Below, piece after piece: positions 9,989 to 19,081 of a DNA stretch of 64,000 bases. Location of the stretch: positions 32,001 to 96,000 of the IMG/VR virus record IMGVR_UViG_3300045391_006990; one strand, 5' to 3'. The notes beneath the pieces were generated by a model. That model was not told the origin of the DNA. It ran no database searches and saw only the letters and a program-made list of their open reading frames with translations. A program made the translations under genes and the position numbers. The stretch is from a virus. Each line of letters begins with the position of its first letter. Position 1 is the stretch's first letter.

Positions 9989-10614
9989 TCCTCCATGTCC
10001 AAACAGCAGCGAAACCCTGTCTCATAGTAGTGCCAATCCGGTACGTGCTTCGTAATCACGTAGGAACACGAAGAGCGCGCATCGGCCCAGTAACCACCAA
10101 CGAGGCACCAACCTTCAACCCCCGCGTCGCAGCGCACCCACTCCTCTGCGTTGCCCACCATGTCGTACGCACCTGCTGAGCTCACGCACTCAGCGGAAGA
10201 ACCGGACGGTGCGCTCTGGTCCAGGCGCGCGAGCTCTTTCGCGTTACGCTGCGCCACCTTGGCTGCATTCACATCGCGCCACTGCTTGTCCGTGTTGCAC
10301 TTACCGGACTGCGGTTTCTTCCCACCGTAGGGTAGGTTTGAGCCTTCAGGGCCACGGCAGGCCGCCATCCATTCCTTGCGGGTGCATGTACGCTTGCCTT
10401 GCACCCCACAGAGCGTTGCAGCATCGTAGACAGGTCCGAGCTCCTCGGACATGCCGCTCATGGCCAAGTGTGGTTTCTGCCCCTGCACGTTAGGATATTC
10501 ATAGCGATCGATGCAAACACCGGGGCGCGCGACGACCATGTCGTCGGGACACTGCGCCTTCTGTGTCGACGCCAGTGATAGGCCGGCACAGATAAGTAAC
10601 AGTACTTTTCGCAA
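9985..10614 (-). CDS. Secreted FGE-sulfatase/SUMF1 (C-type lectin fold) protein
   Basis: Signal peptide, CPDDMV, CIDRYEYP, YDMVGNAEEW and GFRCC. Confidence 0.85.
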   Translation of the reverse strand: MRKVLLLICAGLSLASTQKAQCPDDMVVARPGVCIDRYEYPNVQGQKPHLAMSGMSEELGPVYDAATLCGVQGKRTCTRKEWMAACRGPEGSNLPYGGKKPQSGKCNTDKQWRDVNAAKVAQRNAKELARLDQSAPSGSSAECVSSAGAYDMVGNAEEWVRCDAGVEGWCLVGGYWADARSSCSYVITKHVPDWHYYETGFRCCLDMEE

Positions 10615-10671
10615 ATCTCCTCCGCACTTCGCCGTAGCGAAGTCTTCAGGGGAGCTTCATCACTTGCGACG

Positions 10672-11031
10672 CTACTGCGTCGGAGATGAACTCCCGTTGA
10701 GCCTATGCCGTTCGAGCTCTTCCGTGCGCTCTTCGATGTCGGTGAAACCGTCATCGAGCTTGGCAACCTGATCCCGCAGGTCACGGAAGCCTTCGTTCAC
10801 CTGGCGCTTCATCTCCGCGAAACCCTTATCCATGGTCTGCATCATCGCGGTCATGCGCTCGCTCAGCTCGAATTGACGTGTCGAGATATGTGACAAGATG
10901 CGGACCTTCGCATCCGGGTGATCGGCGAGCTCCGTGATGAGCCGTTTGTGCTCTGCGTCCAAATCCCGCTCGACAGGAGCGGAAGGGGGAGGGGTCACGG
11001 TTTCTCTGTCGACCATCGGGCCATTATGCAT
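10672..11031 (-). CDS. Coiled-coil hypothetical protein
   Basis: GGAGG SD and a heptad-rich C-terminal half. Confidence 0.65.
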   Translation of the reverse strand: MHNGPMVDRETVTPPPSAPVERDLDAEHKRLITELADHPDAKVRILSHISTRQFELSERMTAMMQTMDKGFAEMKRQVNEGFRDLRDQVAKLDDGFTDIEERTEELERHRLNGSSSPTQ

Positions 11032-11087
11032 GAAGAGCCTCCTCGCACAAAAGCCAGATGGGGTTCCAGCGTGATCGTACGCCTCTC

Positions 11088-11429
11088 TTATTCCGGAGAA
11101 ACTGGCGTATTCACATCCCGGCTTGGGTCGGCGAGCAAGAAGTTCTCTGGCGGGATGTCCCGGATTTGGGCCAGCGCGTTCAAGAGGTCGCTCTCGATTT
11201 TGTTCACACGCTCGAGCTCGTTGGGACGGGTCACGGTACCCTGGCCCTCAATGCGCTCGATCTGCTGGTCGGCCAACTCTTCGTAAGTGAGGGCGTAAAA
11301 ACTTTCCGTGGTTTGCCGCCCGAGCACCGCCCCAACAGAGTTGTTCAAGACGCGGCGCAGCTCGAAGTTGAGGTCGAGCGACGGCGCTTCTTGATTGGCT
11401 TGTTGGGACGGTGAGTCTACGGAAGGCAT
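11088..11429 (-). CDS. Hypothetical protein, probably leaderless
   Basis: TGgTAGACT ends 6 nt before the ATG. Confidence 0.65.
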   Translation of the reverse strand: MPSVDSPSQQANQEAPSLDLNFELRRVLNNSVGAVLGRQTTESFYALTYEELADQQIERIEGQGTVTRPNELERVNKIESDLLNALAQIRDIPPENFLLADPSRDVNTPVSPE

Positions 11430-11614
11430 GCTACGAGTCTACCAACACCTGCATCCCGTAAATCGGAACGTTCTGCACCTTGACGTGCGTTTCGATGGTG
11501 ACCCCTTCGGCTGCCCAGCTATCGGCGTGCTGCTCCACCGCAGAGAGCTCGACCGAGCACTTGCGCCCGCCTGGGTACACCGCGAAGTATTCCACCGTGC
11601 GGGACAGGATGAAG

Positions 11615-12328
11615 TCACTTGCTTGCATTTGACTGCTCTTCGAACTGTTTCCACGCCATGGATGGAACCGGGCCCTCCGCCGCCGCGCCAACGTAGTGAC
11701 CTTTGCGCTCGTACGTGGTGTGACCAGGCGAACGGCCTACTAGCGTGTGAAAGCGAATCTGGCAGAAACGCATGCCAGGGTAGACGACGAGCTGGTGCGT
11801 CACGACCACCTCGAGCGTGTACTGACCGTTGAAGCCAGGATCGCCGTAGCCGGCGGTGACGTGCGCCGTCATGAAGAGCCGCCCGAGCGAGCTCTTACCG
11901 TCGAGCACGGGCACGAACTTCTTCGTGTGGATGCGCTCGGCCGTGTGCATGAGGTATCCAATCCCGGGGCGCAAAAGCCAGCCTTGCTGCGGCATGTCGA
12001 ACGTGATTACTTCGTTCTTCTCTTTGCAGCTGAGGATGCCAGGCGGGTGCGGCCACATCATGTCGCTGAGACACGCACGGCTGTAGTCCAGCGCATCGCC
12101 GTTCGCGTTGCGGTGGATGCCTTGCTCGTCTGGCATCCACGCCTGCCCGCCGACCGAGAAGTACACCGCCTTCCGGTACACGGCGACCTTCGGACCCAAC
12201 GTCAAATCGAGCGACGCTGGGTTGAGGTGCTCCTCCGGGGGCTCGGGCACCACCTCGATGGCGCCACTTTGCAGCTCCTGCCAGATCTCGTACCCCGACA
12301 GGATGCCCTGCTCGCAGTTTTCGATCAC
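11615..12328 (-). CDS. dcd: dCTP deaminase
   Basis: NPASLDLTLG, GKSSLGRL, AGYGDPGFNGQYTLE and YPGMRFCQI. The GTG start overlaps the upstream stop (GTGA). Confidence 0.92.
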   Translation of the reverse strand: MIENCEQGILSGYEIWQELQSGAIEVVPEPPEEHLNPASLDLTLGPKVAVYRKAVYFSVGGQAWMPDEQGIHRNANGDALDYSRACLSDMMWPHPPGILSCKEKNEVITFDMPQQGWLLRPGIGYLMHTAERIHTKKFVPVLDGKSSLGRLFMTAHVTAGYGDPGFNGQYTLEVVVTHQLVVYPGMRFCQIRFHTLVGRSPGHTTYERKGHYVGAAAEGPVPSMAWKQFEEQSNASK

Positions 12329-12945
12329 GAGCCAGCCTCGGCCACAGCGTGCGCGTTGGTCGGATTCTTCGTCCAATCGCGTTGGCGCACCTTAGACCAG
12401 ACGCCGTCGATGATGTCCAAGAAGTTCTTCTGGTGGTAACGGCAAATCATTTCGAGGTGCGCGAGGATGGCGCGGCAGGTATCGTCGATCTTCCGCAGAT
12501 GCTCAGCCGGCGTACCACGGATACCTTGCTCCATCTTGAGTTGGTGATGGGCCAGTAAGCGGGCGTGAGGCGTCAAGTCGTGCCAATTCTGACGAGTGCG
12601 ATCATCGAGGAAGCCGCGCTCCCCCCAAAGATCGGCGAGGCTCTTCCCGCGCTTGCCCAGGTAATCGAGCATGTAGATGCCGATGTCGCCAACGGCGTCG
12701 AACACCTCAGCATAAAGCCGAGCGTTGTCGGCTTCGGTGATTTCTTTGTCCAGTGCCTGCGTGGTGAACAGAGGGTCCGCCGGTGTAGTTTTGCGAACGT
12801 TCGATTCTTCTTTGAGCTTCCACGCAGCGTCGAACTCCAGGAGCTCTTCGATCATACCCATAAGCGGGTACCGCTCGTGCTGCTTGCCGAAGTTCTTCTC
12901 CGACCATGCGATTTGTTCTGCCTGAATTGCGACTAGGTCAACCAT
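12325..12945 (-). CDS. MazG-like nucleotide pyrophosphohydrolase
   Basis: WSEKNFG, MIEELLE, EVFDAVGDIGIY and VWSKVRQRDW fit the all-alpha NTP-PPase pattern. Confidence 0.75.
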   Translation of the reverse strand: MVDLVAIQAEQIAWSEKNFGKQHERYPLMGMIEELLEFDAAWKLKEESNVRKTTPADPLFTTQALDKEITEADNARLYAEVFDAVGDIGIYMLDYLGKRGKSLADLWGERGFLDDRTRQNWHDLTPHARLLAHHQLKMEQGIRGTPAEHLRKIDDTCRAILAHLEMICRYHQKNFLDIIDGVWSKVRQRDWTKNPTNAHAVAEAGS

Positions 12946-12946
12946 G

Positions 12947-13228
12947 TTAGTTAGCTTCCTTCTCGGGTACCGGAGTATGCGGAACCGACCCCGGTATGTG
13001 AATGATGGTGCGCTGTTGGATTACGACGAGGGCGTTGTCTGGTGTGCGCGAGAGAAAACTCGATACTATGAAACCCTCCTTAGTGTTTTTGTTCAGAATC
13101 TCTTCGAGCTCGGCGGCGAACTTCTTTGAGTCGTCGCTCACGACCGCGTTCACACGCCATTCGATCTCAGCTTGGTGCATAACCGTTCCCTGCGGGATGT
13201 CTTTTTCCATGTGGCCTTTCATGAGCAT
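12947..13228 (-). CDS. Hypothetical protein
   Basis: Tightly packed ORF in the operon. Confidence 0.6.
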   Translation of the reverse strand: MLMKGHMEKDIPQGTVMHQAEIEWRVNAVVSDDSKKFAAELEEILNKNTKEGFIVSSFLSRTPDNALVVIQQRTIIHIPGSVPHTPVPEKEAN

Positions 13229-13665
13229 CAGGTCTCGTCCTCGATGGGGTCCGGTGTAGCGCTAGTTGCTAACACATCTTCCATTTTGCTGCTCAAAACA
13301 TCCCAATACCAGCGCACAGCCATTCGTACCTGACCTGCACTGAAGCTGATCTCGTAGCGCTTCTTCTCCGCCACGTCTTGCACGTAGGGGTTTAGCCGAA
13401 GTTGGCTTTCGATGACCTCTCCCAGCACTCTGATGAATCTAACGGACTTAGCAACTACAGCCTCCGCCTTCTTGGCACGAGAGTCAGCTTCATCCGCACG
13501 CGTGCGCTCTGCGGCAAGGCCTTCCTCGTAATCCTTCTCACGAGAGGCAGCCGCCCCCGGCGTAGTAATACTACTCACATAGGCGTTGAACTCAGTGTTC
13601 GCCTGCGTGTTGCTGCGAAGCACCTGCAACAAGGCTGGGTAGTTGCTCAGCTGAGGCTTCGCCAT
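13228..13665 (-). CDS. Hypothetical protein
   Basis: Tightly packed ORF with a coiled-coil segment. Confidence 0.6.
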   Translation of the reverse strand: MAKPQLSNYPALLQVLRSNTQANTEFNAYVSSITTPGAAASREKDYEEGLAAERTRADEADSRAKKAEAVVAKSVRFIRVLGEVIESQLRLNPYVQDVAEKKRYEISFSAGQVRMAVRWYWDVLSSKMEDVLATSATPDPIEDET

Positions 13666-13668
13666 GAC

Positions 13669-13821
13669 CTATCGGTTTTCTTCATCGTCGGCCTTATTCC
13701 TCTCGTACTTCTGTTTTGAGTTGAGGTAGCCAGCGATGATCACGAGCACAATCATCCCACCGATGACAGCTAAGAACAGCAGTGCGAAGGCACGCTGCAA
13801 CCACAACAGGAATTCCCACAT
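13669..13821 (-). CDS. Small single-TM membrane protein, 50 aa (below the track cutoff)
   Basis: MWEFLLWLQRAFALLFLAVIGGMIVLVIIAGYLNSK..., with a GGAG SD. Confidence 0.55.
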   Translation of the reverse strand: MWEFLLWLQRAFALLFLAVIGGMIVLVIIAGYLNSKQKYERNKADDEENR

Positions 13822-13832
13822 TACAACTCCGA

Positions 13833-13867
13833 GGGGCTAAGCAAGATGCCCGTAACGGGCGTCTTGC
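13833..13867 (-). terminator. Hairpin terminator with TTAGCCCC tail
   Basis: GCAAGACGCCC-gttac-GGGCATCTTGC directly after the nucleotidase stop. Confidence 0.6.
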
Positions 13868-13870
13868 AAT

Positions 13871-14482
13871 TCACCTGGCTGCTTTCATCAGCTTTGCCAA
13901 GCCTTCCACAACAGCGTAGACCATGCCCCAGCTGGCGAGGCCGAAGACATCGCGTGGGGCCATGCGCATGTTCTGCGGTGTAATCCACAAAATCGCACGA
14001 CCACGCGGATGCTCGGCCTGCCACTGCACGACGTGATCTGGTTTGTCGTCGCACAAGAAGTCACCATCTATCGCATGCTTCTCGGCAGTGCTGACTACCT
14101 TCTTTCCCAACTCTTCACCGAAGTACTTCTGCAGCCAGTGCATGCGATCGTAGCCCCAGGTAGGACTCGTCTTGAGAGGCGAGGTCACGAAGAGCACGTC
14201 GGCAATCTCCATGATCTTCCTCACACCATCGACGGCACCTGGCAACGGCGCCAGATTCTGTGCGAAGCCGGGTTGGTTGATAAGCATGTAGACCTCGTCG
14301 TCTTCCTCCTCGGTGAGTCCGAGTGACTTCGATAGGTCCCAGTCCGTGAAGACATGGTCGGGCTTCAACTGGCGAACGCCGCTAGCATTGACGGCAGCGA
14401 TGAAGCCTTGCTTGTAGTTGGCCAAAACATCGTCGACATCACACAAGAACCTCGGCCGGTTTCTAAAAGGTGATGTCGCCAT
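13871..14482 (-). CDS. 5'(3')-deoxyribonucleotidase (NT5C-type HAD)
   Basis: CDVDDVLA (motif I), VTSP (motif II), K and LCDDKP (motif IV). GGAG SD before MATSPF. Confidence 0.85.
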   Translation of the reverse strand: MATSPFRNRPRFLCDVDDVLANYKQGFIAAVNASGVRQLKPDHVFTDWDLSKSLGLTEEEDDEVYMLINQPGFAQNLAPLPGAVDGVRKIMEIADVLFVTSPLKTSPTWGYDRMHWLQKYFGEELGKKVVSTAEKHAIDGDFLCDDKPDHVVQWQAEHPRGRAILWITPQNMRMAPRDVFGLASWGMVYAVVEGLAKLMKAAR

Positions 14483-14738
14483 CGTCTCCGCCTTCACCAT
14501 CTTCTCCTTCTTTCCGTTTAACCACCGGAAGCTTACTGCCTGGCGGTGGGTAGTCATCCGAGTACGGATTCAATGTGATGAACACTTCATCGTTCCAGTG
14601 AAGAACGATGCCGGGGTTCAGTTTGATGTTGAGCTGACCGAACTCGTTCTCGAACGCCACGCCCGCTTGAGCTCGATCCTTGGTGTTCTTCTTGTCAGTG
14701 ATCTTCAGCCAGTACTTGGGTCGGTTGCCTTTGGCCAT
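14463..14738 (-). CDS. Small protein with an SSB-like acidic C-terminal tail (putative ssDNA-binding)
   Basis: Core AGVAFENEFGQLNIKLN; C-terminus GGDDGDITF resembles the SSB-Ct DDDIPF. Confidence 0.5.
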   Translation of the reverse strand: MAKGNRPKYWLKITDKKNTKDRAQAGVAFENEFGQLNIKLNPGIVLHWNDEVFITLNPYSDDYPPPGSKLPVVKRKEGEDGEGGDDGDITF

Positions 14739-16513
14739 CAGCCATCCTCAGCAAAGAAGATGGGACTGATTTTCCACCCGTCGATGAGCTCGAGCGAACG
14801 CAGCTTACCTAGGCCGTTGGCTACGCTGCTGCTCGTAGGGCTGTACCCAGCGTGCTCGGCGACGTACTCCTTGGAGATGGAGTCGTACTTGCCGTGCGCG
14901 TCGTAGAAGACCTGCAGCATCTCACGTGAAGCCTTGTCGAGCTTGCTCTTCCACCACTCGAGAAGACCTGGCCCGGTTGGGAGCGTCTCGGTGGCAGGGT
15001 ACAGCGAAGCACCTTTGCTCGTGATGGCGATGGCGTCACCAGGGCCTTCTGCAAGGCCTTGTGACCGCAGCTGCCCCAGCGCGTTGGCCATACTGCTGCT
15101 CTTCACCGAATAGCCCGTCATGATGGCCAAGTACGTCATCGACACGGCCTTCGGGGCCACGATGGAGAGTACATTCATGATGGCGCGTGCTGGCTTGCTG
15201 AGCTTGGCTCCGTCCACCGAGGCGTTGTGCATGGTCGACGGCCCTCGCTTCCTTGCAGCTTCGTCAGCCAAGTCCTTGATCGACTTACCGGCTTGGAAGG
15301 GTGACTTCTTAGGCACTGGCGGCAGTAGTGCGTCTACGCCCTTGCCCTTTTCCGGAACTGGCTTTTGTGTGGCGGCAGCGACTGTACGCTCGTTTGACAA
15401 GACGATTTCGTGAAGCAGCATGACTTGCTTCTCGACCGTGGCCGTCACCTTACGCAGGCTCTCGATGTCCTTAGCCACGCGATCCATATTCGGCAGCTTG
15501 AGCTTCACGTCCTTGGCAGGAACAACCTTCGTTGGTTTGCGCTCGAGCTGTTTCTCAGCCAGGTGGAGGTCGGATTTGAGTTGAGCAATCTGCTTACGCA
15601 GTAGAACCGGGTTCTCCTGCGCCGCTTTGTCGATGGTCTCTTGAATGCGGCCCTTGAGCTTACCGACGTCCACGTCACGCAGCGTAGCCACCGGCCGGCC
15701 TCGCTTGCCCTTCGGCGTAGCGCCGCTATCGAAGGTCTGGCTCAGGTTGAACTTGAACCGCTTGAACTCCTTCAGCAGGTGCGGCGACCAGATCCAGGCC
15801 TCGCCGTCTTCGAGCGAGGCCAGGGACTCAAGCATGCTGTCGTCGACCGCGTGGTACTTCACCCACTCCGAGACAGCCTTGATGTCCTGAGGCCCGGTCG
15901 TGCGCAGCACGAACAAGTTCTCGACCTGCGTGAGCACGTCCTTGTTCACCACCGCCGAGCGCTGGGTGATGATGGTCATGCCCAGGCCACGAGAGCGCCC
16001 ACGCCGCACGATGTTCTCCCAAGCGCGCTTCAGGTGGAGCTCGTCCCGCATCGGCTTCTGCGGGATGTAGTCGTCCGCCTCTTCGAGGAAGAGGTGCAGC
16101 GGCTCGGTGTTGCGCTTGAACAGGCGCATCGCGAACTTGAGCAGGAAGTACTTCTTGTCGGCCTCCGTGTTGAACTCGGTGAGGTCGAGGACGCAAGCCA
16201 GGCGCTGGTCGACGATGACATCCGCCACGAGCTCGCCAGACTCCCGGGTGAGCGGCACATCGCCGTGCTTGCCGCCGAAGATGAAGACGTCGAGACCGCC
16301 GCGTTTGGAACCGTCACGGCCAGCACGCAAGCCGTACCAGGACCCGACCGGGTCGACGGCGACGAACGGGTAGCCGGCGTGGAACATCTGCTCGGCCATG
16401 AGGCGCGAAGCGTTCGTCTTGCCGGCGCCGCGGACGGCAAGAACGCCACCCGTGCTGGTGACGTAGCTAGTCGGTAGCGACAGGCTTCGCGACAGATGTA
16501 GTTGGTTGGTCAT
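14738..16513 (-). CDS. HerA/FtsK-superfamily ATPase with tandem C-terminal winged-helix-like repeats
   Basis: Walker A AVRGAGKT, Walker B LFLEEAD, RGRSRGLG and ITQR. Duplicated GYSxxSSSxANxLGxLRSxxL at the C-terminus. Confidence 0.85.
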   Translation of the reverse strand: MTNQLHLSRSLSLPTSYVTSTGGVLAVRGAGKTNASRLMAEQMFHAGYPFVAVDPVGSWYGLRAGRDGSKRGGLDVFIFGGKHGDVPLTRESGELVADVIVDQRLACVLDLTEFNTEADKKYFLLKFAMRLFKRNTEPLHLFLEEADDYIPQKPMRDELHLKRAWENIVRRGRSRGLGMTIITQRSAVVNKDVLTQVENLFVLRTTGPQDIKAVSEWVKYHAVDDSMLESLASLEDGEAWIWSPHLLKEFKRFKFNLSQTFDSGATPKGKRGRPVATLRDVDVGKLKGRIQETIDKAAQENPVLLRKQIAQLKSDLHLAEKQLERKPTKVVPAKDVKLKLPNMDRVAKDIESLRKVTATVEKQVMLLHEIVLSNERTVAAATQKPVPEKGKGVDALLPPVPKKSPFQAGKSIKDLADEAARKRGPSTMHNASVDGAKLSKPARAIMNVLSIVAPKAVSMTYLAIMTGYSVKSSSMANALGQLRSQGLAEGPGDAIAITSKGASLYPATETLPTGPGLLEWWKSKLDKASREMLQVFYDAHGKYDSISKEYVAEHAGYSPTSSSVANGLGKLRSLELIDGWKISPIFFAEDG

Positions 16514-16691
16514 TTCTATTCCATTCTGTGGGCGGGTACCCACCCAGCTTGAGCCAGCCGTCGAGGTCGTCGAACTTGTCCATCAAATCAAGAACTGCTT
16601 GCTCTTGCGCGGTCACCATCTTCTTATCGCGCAGAGGCTGAAGCTTCGTCAGCAGCTCACGTATTTCAGCCAAGGCGGTGTCCGGGTCCAT
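16467..16691 (-). CDS. Hypothetical phage protein (MDPDTAL...LDGWLKLGGYPP)
   Basis: Start overlaps the upstream stop; typical small phage ORF. Confidence 0.6.
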   Translation of the reverse strand: MDPDTALAEIRELLTKLQPLRDKKMVTAQEQAVLDLMDKFDDLDGWLKLGGYPPTEWNRNDQPTTSVAKPVATD

Positions 16692-17083
16692 TAGGCTTCG
16701 GCCATGGCAAGGGTTTGCTGCAGCGGCGCGACGAGCTTGAAGCCTTTGCACGTCTTGCCGCAGAAGCGCTTGAGTGCAATGGACGAACGGCTGCCTGTGG
16801 TCAAGCTTTCGACCAGCACCTTCTCAGCTCCGACGGCCACCACGCGCACTTGGCGCGCTTGCCCGTCATAGACGTCACGGGGGTCGAGCGACTCCCAAAT
16901 CTGGTTGACGGCGACGCCGTACATGTTCGACGTCTCGTTCGCCGGCTTGAAGCTGCGAGGTAGACCGTTAGCGCTTCTTCTTGGTGTGAACTCGGCGCGT
17001 AGCGCGCTCACCAGATTTTTCGTCGCCTCCTTGGACAAGCGAAAGCCTTCGCCCAGGCGGCGTAGTTTGATCACGTTTCCCAT
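16691..17083 (-). CDS. Hypothetical protein
   Basis: GAGG SD before MGNVIKL. Confidence 0.6.
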   Translation of the reverse strand: MGNVIKLRRLGEGFRLSKEATKNLVSALRAEFTPRRSANGLPRSFKPANETSNMYGVAVNQIWESLDPRDVYDGQARQVRVVAVGAEKVLVESLTTGSRSSIALKRFCGKTCKGFKLVAPLQQTLAMAEA

Positions 17084-17189
17084 TTGAGTCCTCGATGTAA
17101 TCGCGAGCGAGCAGCGACTTGGCGCTGAGCTCGCTGGCAGTAACGATGCGTATGTGTGGCATGGCCTTCCTTCGTGGCTTGTACCGGTC

Positions 17190-17489
17190 TCAGACTCCGG
17201 TTTGCCGAAGGTACTCGGCCAGGCATTCAATGCAAGTGTGCTGGTTGTGAGAAGGCTGCAGGGAGGGCTGCAGGTCCCATCCTTGCTTCACCAGGCCGCA
17301 GAGCGATCTAGTGGTGATACCACCGCCAAGCTTCTGGCCTTGCTCGTCCAACCTTCGGATGTGCCAGGGCGAGGTGCTGGTGGCGTGGACGGACTCGCAG
17401 TAGCTGTACCCGAAGCTGTTGGTAGGAGCGGGGGTGGGCTTGGAGCTCGTCAGGTACTTTGCTCTTTCGTTCTTGCGAGAGGGCTTCAT
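17190..17489 (-). CDS. H-CG-CxxC zinc-finger protein
   Basis: WHI...SLCG...TCIEC. Confidence 0.55.
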   Translation of the reverse strand: MKPSRKNERAKYLTSSKPTPAPTNSFGYSYCESVHATSTSPWHIRRLDEQGQKLGGGITTRSLCGLVKQGWDLQPSLQPSHNQHTCIECLAEYLRQTGV

Positions 17490-17625
17490 CTTTTTTGGTT
17501 GGGGGTTTGATCTATGCGCGCGTGCGCGAGGGGGGAGTGAAGAGAAAAAAAAGAAGAGGAGAGAGATAGACGAGAGAAAGAGAAACAAACCAGCCTAAAA
17601 CCCTCTCCAACCCCATACTGAACAC

Positions 17626-18096
17626 TCATACCACCATGGATTCTGGTTTTGTGACAAAGAACCCTGGCTCCAAAGAATCAGGGTGCCTGGCCCCTTTCCT
17701 GCAATTGCAAGTGATGCACGCACTCATCAAATTGGAAAGGTCGTCGGTACCTCCAAGCACCCGCGGTACGAAGTGGTCGATGGTCATCGTCTTCGGCGTA
17801 AGCGGGTCGGCGCAGTAAGCGCAGATACCACCGTCACGTTCCAGCAGTTGTGCTCGAAGCCTCTCCCGCTGCTTCCTGACCGCCGCTGCATTGCAACTCC
17901 TGCAAAACCGCCCCTTGTGGATCGGGACTGTGCACCACTCACAAACCTCCCGCCTGGGAAGCACCGGCACTGGCGGATGCGCGCAGCGCCGGCAAAGCTT
18001 GGCCGATACCCCCCGCCCAAGAATCCGCTCACCGCATTTCTTGCAGAAGCGGTTGACGAGCAGCTCGGGCAGCGCCTGGTAGCTGCGAATCTTCAT
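17626..18096 (-). CDS. HNH endonuclease with N-terminal CxxC zinc fingers
   Basis: RDGGICAYC...TIDHFVP..LGG.DDLSNL..AC..CN..KG. Confidence 0.9.
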   Translation of the reverse strand: MKIRSYQALPELLVNRFCKKCGERILGRGVSAKLCRRCAHPPVPVLPRREVCEWCTVPIHKGRFCRSCNAAAVRKQRERLRAQLLERDGGICAYCADPLTPKTMTIDHFVPRVLGGTDDLSNLMSACITCNCRKGARHPDSLEPGFFVTKPESMVV

Positions 18097-18105
18097 GACC
18101 CCTAC

Positions 18106-18816
18106 TCACCACGGAGGGCTGAAGATTCCAAGACGATCTGCATCGCCTGGCTTCATCACGGTGACGAGATCACCGACACGCGGGTAAGGCCTCCGCCTGG
18201 CCATTTCGTTGGTCCACTGACCCCAGGGCGTAAAGCTTTCGATCTCCGGCTCGTAGAAGTCCCAGTCGGTACCGTCCTTAGCGGCGACGCGCCCCATCGA
18301 CACGAACAGCGTCCAGCACTTCTGCCCTGGCAAGAGCTCGACCCGGTGGTACGAGTTGCGCTTCAGGTAGTTCACGTTCCCTGGCAGGAAGAGCCTAGAC
18401 GTAGCCAGGTCGTGCGTGAAGCTCCAGCGGTGCTCGAGGTAGCCGCCAACGAGGATGAGGCTGAAGGCGCGCTGCCAGGGATGGTTGTGGTACGCCCGGT
18501 CGTCGTCACCCCGAAAGAAGTAGTGCAGGTACGGCCGTGGCGTAAACCTGGTTAGGGCGGCGTACGCTGGCGGCACGCCGAGGCCGCGCAGCTGCCCCTC
18601 GATGTCCTCGCGCGCCGGCGTCAGGTACACCCGCATCAGGTAGGGATCGGCCAGCACCTTCTCGTTGGTCGTGATGATGCGGGTCTGCTCGAAGGGGCTG
18701 GCTTCTGCCAGGTCCCACAAATTCTCTTCCATGGCGCCGAAGGGACGCAGGCGCCGTTCCTCGGCGCGGCAGTCGATCACGAAACGACGAACATCTTCAC
18801 GGCTATGATTTTCCAT
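18106..18816 (-). CDS. Cupin-fold phage protein
   Basis: LHYF...DDDRAYHNHPW..SLIL.GGY.E, YHRVEL and WTLF. Confidence 0.65.
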   Translation of the reverse strand: MENHSREDVRRFVIDCRAEERRLRPFGAMEENLWDLAEASPFEQTRIITTNEKVLADPYLMRVYLTPAREDIEGQLRGLGVPPAYAALTRFTPRPYLHYFFRGDDDRAYHNHPWQRAFSLILVGGYLEHRWSFTHDLATSRLFLPGNVNYLKRNSYHRVELLPGQKCWTLFVSMGRVAAKDGTDWDFYEPEIESFTPWGQWTNEMARRRPYPRVGDLVTVMKPGDADRLGIFSPPW

Positions 18817-19081
18817 TCAGCTCCTCTGCAAACCCAACCAGCTCCTGGCCGACTTCACGCAGGCGGGACTGCGCGCGTTTGAGCTTGGCCTCGAGCTCGG
18901 GCGCAGCCTGTTTCAATAGTGCAGCTTTCCAGCGCACCAGCACACCCTCGATGACACGTTGCTGTTCTGCTTCATCGTCAGGGGTCTGGCGCATGTATCC
19001 ATGGACCACGACCGACAAATCGAACGCACCGGCGTTCTCGATGTCGTACTCCTCCAACTTCCTTCGCGCTTTGCTGCTCAT
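18803..19081 (-). CDS. Hypothetical protein
   Basis: GGAGG SD and ATGA overlap. Confidence 0.6.
   Translation of the reverse strand: MSSKARRKLEEYDIENAGAFDLSVVVHGYMRQTPDDEAEQQRVIEGVLVRWKAALLKQAAPELEAKLKRAQSRLREVGQELVGFAEELNGKS

Noticed and set aside
9985-10130. FGE/C-lectin C-terminus as a diversity-generating retroelement target
   Set aside because: No reverse transcriptase and no adenine-variant template repeat were seen in the window. A remote DGR cannot be excluded.
11615-14482. Z-genome (2-aminoadenine) pathway suggested by the MazG-like gene
   Set aside because: There is no purZ or HD-family datZ in the window. The GTGPAY match near 59880 is only a few residues.
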